Shown: one piece after another, positions 52,227 through 61,850 of the stretch
Position numbering within the stretch: the stretch's first letter is position 1
Layout of the letters: each line of letters starts with the position of its first letter
Assembly (NCBI GenBank): GCA_021732525.1
Contig: JAKFUU010000001.1
Location: 29,906 to 93,905, forward strand
Origin: Sphingomonadaceae bacterium
Lineage (GTDB): Bacteria > Pseudomonadota > Alphaproteobacteria > Sphingomonadales > Sphingomonadaceae
Reading direction: 5' to 3'
Length of the DNA: 64,000 bases
Made by a program: the position numbers and the translations under genes
The notes under the pieces: model-generated
The model's input: only the letters and a program-made list of their open reading frames with translations
Told to the model about the DNA's origin: nothing
Database searches by the model: none

Positions 52227-54164
52227 ATGATCAAAAATCTTATGAAGCTGGCCTTTGGCGGTGCTATTTTCGCGCTGCTCCCGTCAACACCCCTGTCTGC
52301 GCAAAAAACTGCGCCGACGGCCGCGCCCATTGCCTCGTCTATTCCAGATCCCGTTGACCAATGGCTGCCCGCGCGGATGATTTTGGAGGTGGATGCCGCC
52401 GATATTGACCGGGCGATTTTCCGTGTGAAGCAAACCATCCCCGTCGACCCGAAAAAGCCCGTGATCCTGCTCTACCCGGAATGGCTGCCGGGTAAGCACG
52501 CGCCGCGCGGGGCGATATCGGAGCTGACCGGCCTTATATTTCGGACCCAAAATGGCGCGCTGCTTAAATGGCGGCGCGATCCGGTGGATGTCTATGCTTT
52601 CCATGTTGATGCGCCCAAAGGCACCGATGTGATCCACGCAGAATTTCAATTTCTAACCCCGCTGCGCACCGCCGAAGGCCGCCGCGTCGTCACCCCCGAA
52701 ATGATGAATATTCAATGGGAACAAGTTTCGCTCTATCCAGCGGGATATTATACGCGGGCGATAAAATTGATCCCCAGCGTTACTTTGCCTGCGGGTTGGA
52801 CCGGGGTGGCCGCGCTCGATGGCGGCCGGCAGACGGGCAATAAAATCACCTATGCCGAGACCGATTATGAAACCTTTATCGACAGCCCGATGTTTGCCGG
52901 CAAGCATTTTAAGAAATGGGATTTGGGTAATCAGGTCACGCTGAATATCTGGGCCGATGAGGGCAAATATTTGGAAGCCGCCAAGCCCGAATATATCGCC
53001 GCGCATAAGGCATTGGTTGACGAAGCGGTGATCCTGTTCGGATCGAAGCATTTTGACCGCTATGAATTTCTGCTCGCATTGACCGAAGAATTGGGCGGTA
53101 TCGGGCTGGAGCATCACCGCAGCAGCGAAAATACCCGCAGCGTCAAATATTTCAGCGATTGGGACAAGGGCGGCAACGAACGCGGCCTGCTCCCGCATGA
53201 GCTGGTGCATAGTTGGAACGGCAAATTCCGCCGCTCCAACGTCACCTGGACCCCCGATTACCGCACGCCGATGCAGGATAATTTGCTGTGGGTTTATGAA
53301 GGGCAAACCAGCTTTTGGGATCATGTGCTGGGCGCAAGGTCGGGCTTGCAAAGTAAGGAGATGGTGCTGGGCGAGCTGGCGCGCAGCGCCGCATTCTATT
53401 CGGTGCAGCCAGGGCGCCAATGGCGCAGCGTGGAGGATACCACGCATGATCCAATCTTTGCCGCGCGCAAGCCCAAACCCAACGCAAGCTGGGCGCGCGG
53501 GGAGGATTATTATAATGAAGGCGCGCTTATCTGGCTCGATACCGATATGACGATCCGGCAATTGTCGGGCGGCAAAAAATCGCTCGATGATTTTGCGCGG
53601 GCCTTTTTCGGGATCAAAAATGGCGACTGGGGCACGGTGACCTATGATTTTGACGAAATTGTCCGCGCGCTGAATAATGTACAGCCCTATGATTGGGCGG
53701 GATTTCTCGATATCCGCCTACGCCGGCCGGGGCAGCCAGCACCCTTGGGCGGGATTGAAAAGGGCGGCTACCGCCTGATTTTTAAGGATATGCCGAATAT
53801 TTTTGACAAGGAACGGGGCACCGAAGATGGCGGGTTGGACCTGACCCACAGCCTTGGGATGACAATCAACAAGACGGGCAAGGTCACCGCGACTTTGTGG
53901 GACAGCCTCGCCTTTCAAAATGGCATCGTTAATGATGCCCAGATTGTCGCGGTGAATGATGTCGCTTACAGCAAGGAAAAGATGGAGGACGCACTGCGGC
54001 TGGCCAAGGATGGCAAGCGCCCGGTCCGTTTGCTGGTGGAACGCGACAAACGGTACCGAACGGTCGAGATTCCCTATGCGGGCGGCCTGCGGTATCCGCA
54101 TCTCGAACCGGTGAGCAAAGAGATACAGCCACTCGACCGGTTGTTGATGGCACGGCGGCGGTAA
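52227..54164 (+). CDS. M61 family (glycyl aminopeptidase-like) metallopeptidase with a C-terminal PDZ-like domain, secreted
   Basis: Signal peptide plus zinc motif HELVHSWNGKF. 645 aa. Confidence 0.8.
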   Translation: MIKNLMKLAFGGAIFALLPSTPLSAQKTAPTAAPIASSIPDPVDQWLPARMILEVDAADIDRAIFRVKQTIPVDPKKPVILLYPEWLPGKHAPRGAISELTGLIFRTQNGALLKWRRDPVDVYAFHVDAPKGTDVIHAEFQFLTPLRTAEGRRVVTPEMMNIQWEQVSLYPAGYYTRAIKLIPSVTLPAGWTGVAALDGGRQTGNKITYAETDYETFIDSPMFAGKHFKKWDLGNQVTLNIWADEGKYLEAAKPEYIAAHKALVDEAVILFGSKHFDRYEFLLALTEELGGIGLEHHRSSENTRSVKYFSDWDKGGNERGLLPHELVHSWNGKFRRSNVTWTPDYRTPMQDNLLWVYEGQTSFWDHVLGARSGLQSKEMVLGELARSAAFYSVQPGRQWRSVEDTTHDPIFAARKPKPNASWARGEDYYNEGALIWLDTDMTIRQLSGGKKSLDDFARAFFGIKNGDWGTVTYDFDEIVRALNNVQPYDWAGFLDIRLRRPGQPAPLGGIEKGGYRLIFKDMPNIFDKERGTEDGGLDLTHSLGMTINKTGKVTATLWDSLAFQNGIVNDAQIVAVNDVAYSKEKMEDALRLAKDGKRPVRLLVERDKRYRTVEIPYAGGLRYPHLEPVSKEIQPLDRLLMARRR

Positions 54165-54236
54165 TTCATGCTACCGCAAGCTACAGATTTCTAATAGAGC
54201 GCTTATCGAATACCCTTTGCAAAGGCGACATTTTCT

Positions 54237-54773
54237 ATGCGCATTGACCTCATCCCCGCCGGCGACAATCCGCCCGAAAGCTTGAATGTATTGATCGAAG
54301 TTCCCATCGGCGGCGAACCGGTGAAATATGAATTTGACAAGGCATCGGGCGCTTTATTCGTCGACCGTTTTTTACACACACCGATGCGCTATCCCGCCAA
54401 TTATGGTTTTGTGCCGCATACTTTGGGCGAGGATGGCGATCCGCTCGACGCGCTGGTTGTGGCACGCTCGCCCATTGTCGCGGGCGCGGTGGTGAAATGC
54501 CGTCCGATTGGCGTTTTGATGATGGAGGATGATAAGGGCGGCGACGAAAAATTGCTCTGCGTGCCGGTCAACACCACTTTTCCTTATTATGCCAATGTCG
54601 CATCTTACATGGATATGCCGCCGATTGTCTTGCAGCAGATTGAGCATTTTTTCACGCATTATAAGGATTTGGAGCCGGGCAAATGGGCCAAGCTTAATGG
54701 TTGGGGCAATGCCGATGATGCCAAACGGATCATATTGGATTGCATCGCGCGCGCGGCGGAGCATGGCGTATGA
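54237..54773 (+). CDS. ppa: Inorganic pyrophosphatase
   Basis: IEVPIGGEPVKYEFD and DGDPLDALV. 178 aa. Confidence 0.96.
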   Translation: MRIDLIPAGDNPPESLNVLIEVPIGGEPVKYEFDKASGALFVDRFLHTPMRYPANYGFVPHTLGEDGDPLDALVVARSPIVAGAVVKCRPIGVLMMEDDKGGDEKLLCVPVNTTFPYYANVASYMDMPPIVLQQIEHFFTHYKDLEPGKWAKLNGWGNADDAKRIILDCIARAAEHGV

Positions 54774-55090
54774 AATCTATCATTATGAAGATAGCGCTCG
54801 GCGCGGCGCTATTGTCTGCTGGTGGCTGCGCAACCCCGGAAACACGGATCAGAACCGCGCTGATAAACGCCGGTTTGCCAGAGCCAATTTCGGCCTGCAT
54901 GGCGGACCGGATGGTTGACCGGCTGTCACTTCTACAATTAAACAAGCTGCGCGGTTTGCAAAAGCTAAAAGATAGCGATTTGAAAAAGACGACTTTCGAA
55001 CAATTTGTCAAACGCACCCGGTCGCTGCAGGATCCCGAGATATTGGGCGTGGTGACCAGTTCGGGCGTGATTTGCGCGATTAAAAATTAG
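54770..55090 (+). CDS. Small lipoprotein of unknown function
   Basis: ATG at 54770 overlaps the ppa stop (ATGA). Lipobox is LLSAGGC. Confidence 0.55.
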   Translation: MKSIIMKIALGAALLSAGGCATPETRIRTALINAGLPEPISACMADRMVDRLSLLQLNKLRGLQKLKDSDLKKTTFEQFVKRTRSLQDPEILGVVTSSGVICAIKN

Positions 55091-55201
55091 AGCGATTTCG
55101 AGTGAGGTGGAAACACCGAACGGCTCGGAAATTGCGGAAAACAGAGAAACTAGACCCAGTTTTTGATTCGATCAAAAACGATCAGGGTCTAGGAGCAAAA
55201 T

Positions 55202-55235
55202 CCCACGATCCCGGCTTGTTAAGCGGGATCGTGGG
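55202..55235 (-). terminator. Rho-independent terminator for the 55246-55623 gene
   Basis: Perfect 12-bp stem cccacgatcccg / cgggatcgtggg. On the minus strand it is followed by ATTTTG. Confidence 0.7.
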
Positions 55236-55245
55236 GTAGAGCCTA

Positions 55246-55623
55246 TTAACCAGCTATTTTTGCACCACTTTTTTCGTTGCAAGCCGCAATTTGTGCGGCA
55301 TCGAATGTGCGCTCGCCGGCTTTGAAAGATTTTACTTCGCCAAATTCACGGGCAATCGCAACGCACATATTTTTGGCCGCTGCACTCGCCAGGGGAGCTG
55401 AGCATTTGCCGTCGCTGCATTTCACGAAAACACCGCGAATCAGCTCCTTTTTTGCAGGCGCGGTTTGCGCCAACTCGGCGCTATAATAAGCACCGTTATT
55501 TTTGGCGGCATGCGCTTGCGGCGCGACAAAAAGCAGGGCGGTGCTCATTGCGAGCGCGCCAGTAAAGGCAACAAAACGGGTTGATAGACGGGAGAGGGTC
55601 ATCATTTTTTCCTTTATGGTCAA
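55246..55623 (-). CDS. Small secreted Cys-containing protein of unknown function
   Basis: Signal peptide (FTGALAMSTALLFVAPQAHA) and four Cys in the mature part. The start may be the internal MMTLSRL. Confidence 0.55.
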   Translation of the reverse strand: MTIKEKMMTLSRLSTRFVAFTGALAMSTALLFVAPQAHAAKNNGAYYSAELAQTAPAKKELIRGVFVKCSDGKCSAPLASAAAKNMCVAIAREFGEVKSFKAGERTFDAAQIAACNEKSGAKIAG

Positions 55624-55667
55624 ATCGCACTGAATATCAGTTGCGAATCACTACTTAATATAATAGA

Positions 55668-55687
55668 TTTTAAGTTGCAACTTAAAA
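55668..55687. promoter_or_regulatory. 20-bp perfect palindrome TTTTAAGTTGCAACTTAAAA in a divergent promoter region (candidate HxlR-family operator)
   Basis: Direct reading, 53 nt upstream of the hxlR-like ATG. A related half-site cagttgcga lies at 55638-55646. Confidence 0.5.
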
Positions 55688-55739
55688 TGGAAAAAAATTT
55701 GATTTTTGCGCAACGATAGCATTAAGGTGCCGTTGGAGG

Positions 55740-56264
55740 ATGACTATGGGAAATTTGAGAGAGCCGCTGCGCGAAATTGCCGAATGCGGGTTGCCGACCG
55801 CATTGGAGGCAATGGGGGAGCGATGGTCCTTCATGATCTTGCGCGCCGCCTTCAATGGCGTGCATCATTTTGAGGAATTTTTGGCTGAGATCGGCATCGC
55901 GCGTAATATCTTGGCGAGCCGTTTGACCAAATTGACCGATTCCGGTATTTTGCACCGGACCTTATGCGCGGATGACCGGCGGAAAGTTGAATATCGGTTG
56001 ACTCAAAAAGGTATGGACTTGCTGCCTACGATGATCGCGCTGCGCCAATGGGGGGAAAAATGGGGTACCGGCACGCCCTCCAACCCCGTTTTGGTGGATG
56101 AAAAAGATCGGCAGCCGATTTTACCGGTGACCATCCGTAGCCATGACGACCGGGTTTTGGGATCAAAGGATTTATGCTGGCTTGATGCCGGTGAAATAGG
56201 CGCGCCTGGCACCGTCCTGCGGCGCGGAATGGCCAACAATATCCGCAAGCTGAGCGCGATGTAA
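55740..56264 (+). CDS. HxlR family winged-helix transcriptional regulator
   Basis: GERWSFMILRAAFNGVHHFEEF...IARNILASRLTKL...VEYRLTQKG. Confidence 0.85.
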   Translation: MTMGNLREPLREIAECGLPTALEAMGERWSFMILRAAFNGVHHFEEFLAEIGIARNILASRLTKLTDSGILHRTLCADDRRKVEYRLTQKGMDLLPTMIALRQWGEKWGTGTPSNPVLVDEKDRQPILPVTIRSHDDRVLGSKDLCWLDAGEIGAPGTVLRRGMANNIRKLSAM

Positions 56265-56570
56265 ATTGCGGTGCCGGCCCTATGCGGCGTCGGTTTTTGC
56301 GCAAATTTGAAAGAATTACGACTGTTGTTAAAAGGCTGATTGAATTTTCTTGGCGAATCCGTTACAATCCCGCGACTGCCGATAAATGGCAATCAAAAAG
56401 CGGAGTTCGAAAATAGCAGTGTTAACTGTCGAATCTCATGCGGTGAAATCGAAAGCCATATAACCAATCCATCCGCCGGGAGAATTTTTTCAGCCAATCA
56501 TCTGCGGCTTGTATGATAACATCTCGCCGAATTTTCCGTATAATAATAATTCCAGAAAGGGTCCAAATTT

Positions 56571-57098
56571 ATGACGTCCTCTGCGGTGTCTTTCGAAGTT
56601 GGCGATTATGTCGTCTATCCTAAACACGGCGTTGGCCGTGTTATTGAACTACAAAATTCCGAAATAGCCGGAATGCAGCTTGAATTATATGTGCTGCGTT
56701 TTGAAAAGGAAAAAATGACCTTGCGCGTGCCGTTCAACAAAGCCGAAGGCGTGGGCATGCGCAAATTGTCGTCGGACAAAACATTGAAGGAAGCGATGAC
56801 GACATTGACCGGAAAGCCAAAGGTTAAGCGCACCATGTGGTCGCGCCGGGCTCAGGAATATGAAGGAAAAATCAACAGCGGCGATCTGGTTTCTATCGCC
56901 GAAGTGACCCGCGATTTATTTCGCCCCGATGATCAGCCTGAGCAAAGCTATTCGGAGCGCCAGATTTTCGAAGCGGCCTCAAGCCGCCTTGCGCGCGAAC
57001 TTGCCGCAATGGAAAAGACGGACGAGCCCGCCGCATTGCAAAAGATTTTGAATATTCTGAAAGAGGCAGCGCCGCAATATTACGAAAAAGCGGAGTAA
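56571..57098 (+). CDS. carD: CarD/CdnL family RNA polymerase-binding transcription factor
   Basis: FEVGDYVVYPKHGVGRVIEL is the CarD_TRCF domain. 175 aa. Confidence 0.9.
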   Translation: MTSSAVSFEVGDYVVYPKHGVGRVIELQNSEIAGMQLELYVLRFEKEKMTLRVPFNKAEGVGMRKLSSDKTLKEAMTTLTGKPKVKRTMWSRRAQEYEGKINSGDLVSIAEVTRDLFRPDDQPEQSYSERQIFEAASSRLARELAAMEKTDEPAALQKILNILKEAAPQYYEKAE

Positions 57099-57176
57099 TG
57101 GCCTGGCGGGGTACAAGCCGCCGGCAATTATAAGGTAAAGCTGTCATTCATACCAACATTGCTTTAGGTTATCGGC

Positions 57177-57800
57177 ATGACTGGATTTTGGGATAAACAT
57201 GTGGTCCCGCGCTTGATCGGTTGTGCTTGTTCACAGCCAGCCATCATGCGAGATCGGCGTCAGGTGGTGCCGTATGCGCATGGCGATATTTTGGAGCTGG
57301 GATGCGGCAGCGCGAACTTGCCGATTTATAACTGGGATAAAATAGCGAGCCTGTCGGGGATTGATCCTTCACCGGCATTGCTGAGACGGGCAAAGGCCGC
57401 GGCGCAAAAGGCGGGGTATCGAGTTGATTTCAGAGCTGGAATTGCCGAAGCCCTGCCCTTTGAGGACGCCAGCTTTGACAGTGTTGTGAGTACATTCACA
57501 CTCTGTTCGGTGCAAGATCAAGCCGCGGCGCTAAACGAAACATGGCGGGTCTTGCGTCCGGGTGGCAAGCTTTATTTTGCCGAACATGGCAAAAGCCCGG
57601 ATGTTGCCCCCGCCCGGTGGCAATCGCGGATCGAACCTTATTGGAAAAAAATTGCCGGTGGTTGTCATTTAACCCGCGGCGTGGTCAGCGCAATTTCAGC
57701 GGGTGGCTTTACGATTGGTAAGCATAATGGCCATTATATGAAAATGACCCCCCAATGGCTGGGGTGGATTGAATATGGCGAGGCACAGAAAATAGCATGA
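57177..57800 (+). CDS. Class I SAM-dependent methyltransferase
   Basis: ILELGCGSA motif I and LRPGGKLYFAEHG. Confidence 0.8.
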   Translation: MTGFWDKHVVPRLIGCACSQPAIMRDRRQVVPYAHGDILELGCGSANLPIYNWDKIASLSGIDPSPALLRRAKAAAQKAGYRVDFRAGIAEALPFEDASFDSVVSTFTLCSVQDQAAALNETWRVLRPGGKLYFAEHGKSPDVAPARWQSRIEPYWKKIAGGCHLTRGVVSAISAGGFTIGKHNGHYMKMTPQWLGWIEYGEAQKIA

Positions 57801-58519
57801 CCAGAAAAATTAAATTAAGCGCCATGCTGTTTCTGTCCGTGCTTACGGTCATGCCGCAATCTGCGCATGCCGAAAAACGAAAACTTTTGGTTGGCGGCTT
57901 TCAGGATATTATTGTGGATGGCGATATGAAGGTTATTGTTACCACAGGAAAAGGACCGTCGGGTATCGCCAGCGGAGACCGCCGTATATTGGATTTGCTG
58001 AAATTGGACCGGATATCGGATGTCATGACGGTCCGTGTGCAACAGCCACCTAATAACGAAAATGGTGCGCGAGTCAGTGAACCGCTTGTCATCACGCTCA
58101 CCAATCAGAATATTCGCAATATCACGGTGCTTGGCAATGCGCAGCTTGAAGTAAGCGCGGTCGACCAATTGGGTGTGGCGCGCATATTTATGAATGGCGG
58201 TGGCAGCGTTAATATTGGCCAATATAAAGCCGATCTGCTTAACGTTGGCTTATTTGGCACGGGCAGTGTTACCTTTGGCAGCGGCAATGTGCGCGAAACC
58301 AATTTGCGAATTCAAGGAGCTCCGCGTTATAACGGCAGCGCGCTGAAAAGCCGCAAATTCAGCGTGGAGCTTGATGGCAATGGGATCGTCGCCGCGCAAG
58401 TGGATGAAGGCGCGATCATCAGCAATCAAGGGTCAGGTAACATCACAATCACCGGCCGCGCCGAATGCTTGATCCGAAAAGCCGGCTTTGCAACCATCAC
58501 ATGCCCAAAAGATAAGTGA
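57797..58519 (+). CDS. DUF2807 / head GIN-domain-like secreted beta-helix protein
   Basis: Signal peptide, then repetitive segments of the G.G.V.I type (GGGSVNIG, GTGSVTFGSGN, GSGNITITG). ATGA overlap with the methyltransferase gene. Confidence 0.5.
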   Translation: MTRKIKLSAMLFLSVLTVMPQSAHAEKRKLLVGGFQDIIVDGDMKVIVTTGKGPSGIASGDRRILDLLKLDRISDVMTVRVQQPPNNENGARVSEPLVITLTNQNIRNITVLGNAQLEVSAVDQLGVARIFMNGGGSVNIGQYKADLLNVGLFGTGSVTFGSGNVRETNLRIQGAPRYNGSALKSRKFSVELDGNGIVAAQVDEGAIISNQGSGNITITGRAECLIRKAGFATITCPKDK

Positions 58520-59043
58520 GCAGATTTATGACCAAACGGTTCCCACAAACCAAGCCAATTTTATTCCTGTTTCTGCCATTATCGATTGCCGCGTGCAATT
58601 TGGATGCGGCGACCGGCAGCGCGAAAGAGCCGGTGGGGTGCAATCCTGGAACGCGGCTTGGTCAGTCGGAAGCCGGGTTACCGCTGTTGGAGCTATGCAT
58701 CGTCAGCGGCGATAAAACCCGCCGTTTTTCGGTGGAAAATGCCGCCACCGCGGCGCAGCAGGCGCAAGGATTAATGTTCCGCAAATCGCTCGCCGATGAC
58801 GCGGGCATGATCTTTCCTTTTCCCCAACCCCGGCCTGCCGGCTTTTGGATGAAAAACACGCTGATCTCGCTTGATATCATATTCATTGGTGCCGATGGCC
58901 GTATCGAAAGCATCGCCGAAAATACCGTCCCTTATTCGCTGGAATCGGTGAGATCGATCGGCCCTGTGGCATCGGTGCTGGAATTGCGCGGTGGGTTGAC
59001 CCGTCAGCTTGGTATTAAAGCGGGCGATCTTGTCCAATATTAA
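58516..59043 (+). CDS. DUF192 domain protein
   Basis: MIFPFPQPRPAGFWMKNTLISLDIIFIGADGRI ... VLELRGG pattern. Its start overlaps the upstream stop. Confidence 0.65.
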   Translation: MSRFMTKRFPQTKPILFLFLPLSIAACNLDAATGSAKEPVGCNPGTRLGQSEAGLPLLELCIVSGDKTRRFSVENAATAAQQAQGLMFRKSLADDAGMIFPFPQPRPAGFWMKNTLISLDIIFIGADGRIESIAENTVPYSLESVRSIGPVASVLELRGGLTRQLGIKAGDLVQY

Positions 59044-59078
59044 GAAGTGCAGCGTTCGGCTCCGATGAAACACGCCGC

Positions 59079-59183
59079 TAGAGCGCGCTGCGTGAAATCT
59101 GAATCACACAGCCCGCTCTATCTGTTTGTTATCGCATCGCTTTATGCGAAAAACCGGTTCCCACTTTTTCGCGCGATGCTTTA
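59079..59183 (+). repeat. 105-bp structured intergenic repeat, copy B
   Basis: 100/105 identical to 12239-12343, in the same orientation. Confidence 0.9.
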
Positions 59184-59244
59184 GCGGGTTAAAATTTTAG
59201 CTTTTTAATTGCACCCGAAAGCAGGACGGCCTAATCCGCAGGCT

Positions 59245-59631
59245 ATGGGTATATTCGCGAAAATCTTCACTTGGTGGGACGGCGCAACGATCGGGACGGC
59301 GCTGTTCAGCGCGCGCAATGGCGTTAAGGTCGGCACCGACGATGCCGGCAATCAATATTATCAATCGAAAGATGGCGCGCGCCGCTGGGTGATTTATAAC
59401 GGCGCGAATGACGCCAGCCGGGTGCCGCCCGATTGGCATGGATGGCTGCACCATACGCATGAGGGATTGCCCGATGATTACCTGGCACCGCGGCGCGGAT
59501 GGGAACATAGGGCAACGGTGAATTTGACGGGCACCGATGCTGCCTATCGCCCGGCGGGTGCCATTGAAAAAGGCGGTGTGCGGGCCAGCGCCAAGGGTGA
59601 TTATGAAGCTTGGGATCCGGGCGCCCAATGA
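59245..59631 (+). CDS. NDUFA12-like NADH:ubiquinone oxidoreductase subunit family protein
   Basis: ATG at 59245 gives MGIFAKIFTWWDGATIGT. RWVIYNG...RVPPDWHGWLHHT is the NDUFA12 pattern. Confidence 0.8.
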   Translation: MGIFAKIFTWWDGATIGTALFSARNGVKVGTDDAGNQYYQSKDGARRWVIYNGANDASRVPPDWHGWLHHTHEGLPDDYLAPRRGWEHRATVNLTGTDAAYRPAGAIEKGGVRASAKGDYEAWDPGAQ

Positions 59632-60278
59632 CATGGCGTCATTGCTTGCAGGTGGGGTCCGTTCTCGCGCTACTATCCGCCTGTAACGGAGCGGAAACAG
59701 CGGAAGAGGCAGGCCGAAAAGCCGCAGCGCGCGCCACGGAAAAGGCGAAAACCAGCTCTGACAATCCAGCTGTAGCGGTGCAAGCGGGGATCGGCACGCC
59801 TATGGCGGAGCGGACAGCGATATTGGGTTTATTGAACAAACGCAACGGGGATACGCGCGATGTTGAATTGAAACCGGGACAGGATATTCGCATCGGCAAG
59901 GTGGTGATCCGCCTTCGCGCCTGCGAAAAAACCGCCCCTTGGGAAACATATCCCGATCAAGGCGCATTTGTGCAGCTTATCGTCAATGAACGGCCGCCCG
60001 GAACCAATCAGAATGAGCGTTGGCGTCAGATATTTTCGGGCTGGTTGTTTAAGGAAAATCCGGCGGCGAATGTTATTCAACATCCGATCTATGACGTTTG
60101 GGTCAAGGAATGCAGGATGAGTTTTCCGGGCGAGGAGGAAGAGGTCATTGAAGCACCGCCGCCGGGGCCATCCGGCGATGCCGCCGCCAAAAAGCCCTCT
60201 AACGCCGACCAATCCGGCGAAACCGGCGGTGAGCCCGCAGCGAACGACGCCGAAGAACCCGGCACACCCACGGTTTGA
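59628..60278 (+). CDS. DUF2155 domain lipoprotein with an acidic/Pro-rich tail
   Basis: ATG at 59628 (ATGA overlap). Lipobox is LLSAC. ILGLLNKRNGDTRDVELKPGQDIRIGKVVIRLRAC is the DUF2155 pattern. Confidence 0.6.
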   Translation: MTWRHCLQVGSVLALLSACNGAETAEEAGRKAAARATEKAKTSSDNPAVAVQAGIGTPMAERTAILGLLNKRNGDTRDVELKPGQDIRIGKVVIRLRACEKTAPWETYPDQGAFVQLIVNERPPGTNQNERWRQIFSGWLFKENPAANVIQHPIYDVWVKECRMSFPGEEEEVIEAPPPGPSGDAAAKKPSNADQSGETGGEPAANDAEEPGTPTV

Positions 60279-60871
60279 ACCGCTTCGGGCGAAATTACGG
60301 ACGCTAGCAGCTTCAGATATTGGGTTTGGCTAATTTCCCGCGCGCCCAAACTTGCCAAATGGCCGGTCATAAATTGACAGTCGAGCAGACGAAAACCGCC
60401 CATCCGCAGCCGCGCCACAAGCCACACCAGCGCAATCTTGGAAGCATCGGTTTGGCGCGAAAACATGCTTTCACCAAAAAAGGCACCGTCCAGCGCCAAC
60501 CCATATAATCCGCCGACAAGCCGGCAGCCGCCCGGTTCATCCGCCCAGCATTCGACGCTATGAGCAAAACCCCGATGATGCAAACCAATGAAAGCTGTCT
60601 CAATCTGACCGTTGATCCAGGTATCTTCGCGGTCATCGGCATATTGGGCGCAGGCTGCGATAACCTGTTCAAAGGCGGCATCGCTTGTCACCCGAAACCG
60701 GTCCTGACGCAGTATTTTGGCCAATGATTTTGAAATATGCAGGCCATCCAGAGGCAATATTGCCCGCTTTTTGGGTTCGACCCAGAATATTTCAGGATCA
60801 TCGCGCGTCTCCGCCATTGGGAAATAACCTCCGGCGTATGCGCGCAGCAAGAGATCCAGATCAATGGTCAT
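60089..60871 (-). CDS. aat: Leucyl/phenylalanyl-tRNA--protein transferase with a low-complexity C-terminal extension
   Basis: LLRAYAGGYFPMAE, WINGQIETAFIGLH and GESMFS motifs. The ORF runs a further ~75 aa past the conserved end and overlaps the convergent gene. Confidence 0.85.
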   Translation of the reverse strand: MTIDLDLLLRAYAGGYFPMAETRDDPEIFWVEPKKRAILPLDGLHISKSLAKILRQDRFRVTSDAAFEQVIAACAQYADDREDTWINGQIETAFIGLHHRGFAHSVECWADEPGGCRLVGGLYGLALDGAFFGESMFSRQTDASKIALVWLVARLRMGGFRLLDCQFMTGHLASLGAREISQTQYLKLLASVISPEAVQTVGVPGSSASFAAGSPPVSPDWSALEGFLAAASPDGPGGGASMTSSSSPGKLILHSLTQTS

Positions 60872-61060
60872 TCAGCGGCCTTGTCATCCCCGTTGCTATC
60901 TCGAATTGCGCCCGCCATTGCAATTGTTTATAGACGGTGCGAAGCGCCCCGGCCAATGTGAGTCTCGCCATGAGGCTCATCACGCCGGGGTTATTCTTTT
61001 CTGTTCGCCTGCTAAGCGGTTTTTCGTGAAGGCTATAGGTGCAAAAACAAGGGATCTGTC

Positions 61061-61840
61061 ATGACACGCCGCCGCAAAATCTACGAAGGCAAGGCCAAAA
61101 TCCTGTATGAAGGCCCCGAACCGGGCACGTTGATCCAATATTTTAAAGACGACGCAACCGCCTTTAACGCGCAGAAAAAAGCGACGATTTCCGGTAAGGG
61201 CGTGATCAATAACCGGATTTCCGAACATGTTTTCACGCGGTTGTCGCATATTGGCATCCCCACGCATTTCATCCGCCGTTTGAATATGCGTGAGCAGTTG
61301 ATTAAACAGGTTGAAATTATACCGATCGAAGTGGTCGTGCGTAATGTTGCGGCGGGTTCCTTGTCAAAACGGCTGGGCATCGAAGAAGGCACGCCGCTGC
61401 CGCACACATTGCTGGAATATTGTTACAAGGATGATGCGCTGGGCGATCCGTTGATTGCCGAGGAGCATATCGCCTGTTTCGGCTGGGCCACGCAGGAGGA
61501 AATGCAGGATATTTCGGCGATGGCGATCCGCATCAATGATTTTATGAGCGGGATGTTCGCCGCCATCGGTATTCGATTGATCGATTTTAAGTTGGAATTT
61601 GGCCGTTTGTTCGATGGCGATTTCTCGCGAATAATCTTGGCGGATGAAATTAGCCCCGATGGATGCCGCCTGTGGGACATTGAGACGGGAAACAAGCTCG
61701 ATAAAGACCGTTTTCGCCGTGATTTGGGCGGAGAGGTAGAAGCCTATCAAGAAGTGGCGCGGCGGCTGGGCCTGCTGCCCGAGGAAAGCGACGCGGCTGT
61801 ACTTGACCTGGGCGAACACAGAGCGCGCAAGGGAAAGTAA
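61061..61840 (+). CDS. purC: Phosphoribosylaminoimidazole-succinocarboxamide synthase
   Basis: [12 protein letters not shown] and IPIEVVVRN. 259 aa. Confidence 0.95.
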   Translation: MTRRRKIYEGKAKILYEGPEPGTLIQYFKDDATAFNAQKKATISGKGVINNRISEHVFTRLSHIGIPTHFIRRLNMREQLIKQVEIIPIEVVVRNVAAGSLSKRLGIEEGTPLPHTLLEYCYKDDALGDPLIAEEHIACFGWATQEEMQDISAMAIRINDFMSGMFAAIGIRLIDFKLEFGRLFDGDFSRIILADEISPDGCRLWDIETGNKLDKDRFRRDLGGEVEAYQEVARRLGLLPEESDAAVLDLGEHRARKGK

Positions 61841-61850
61841 TTGGGAATAT

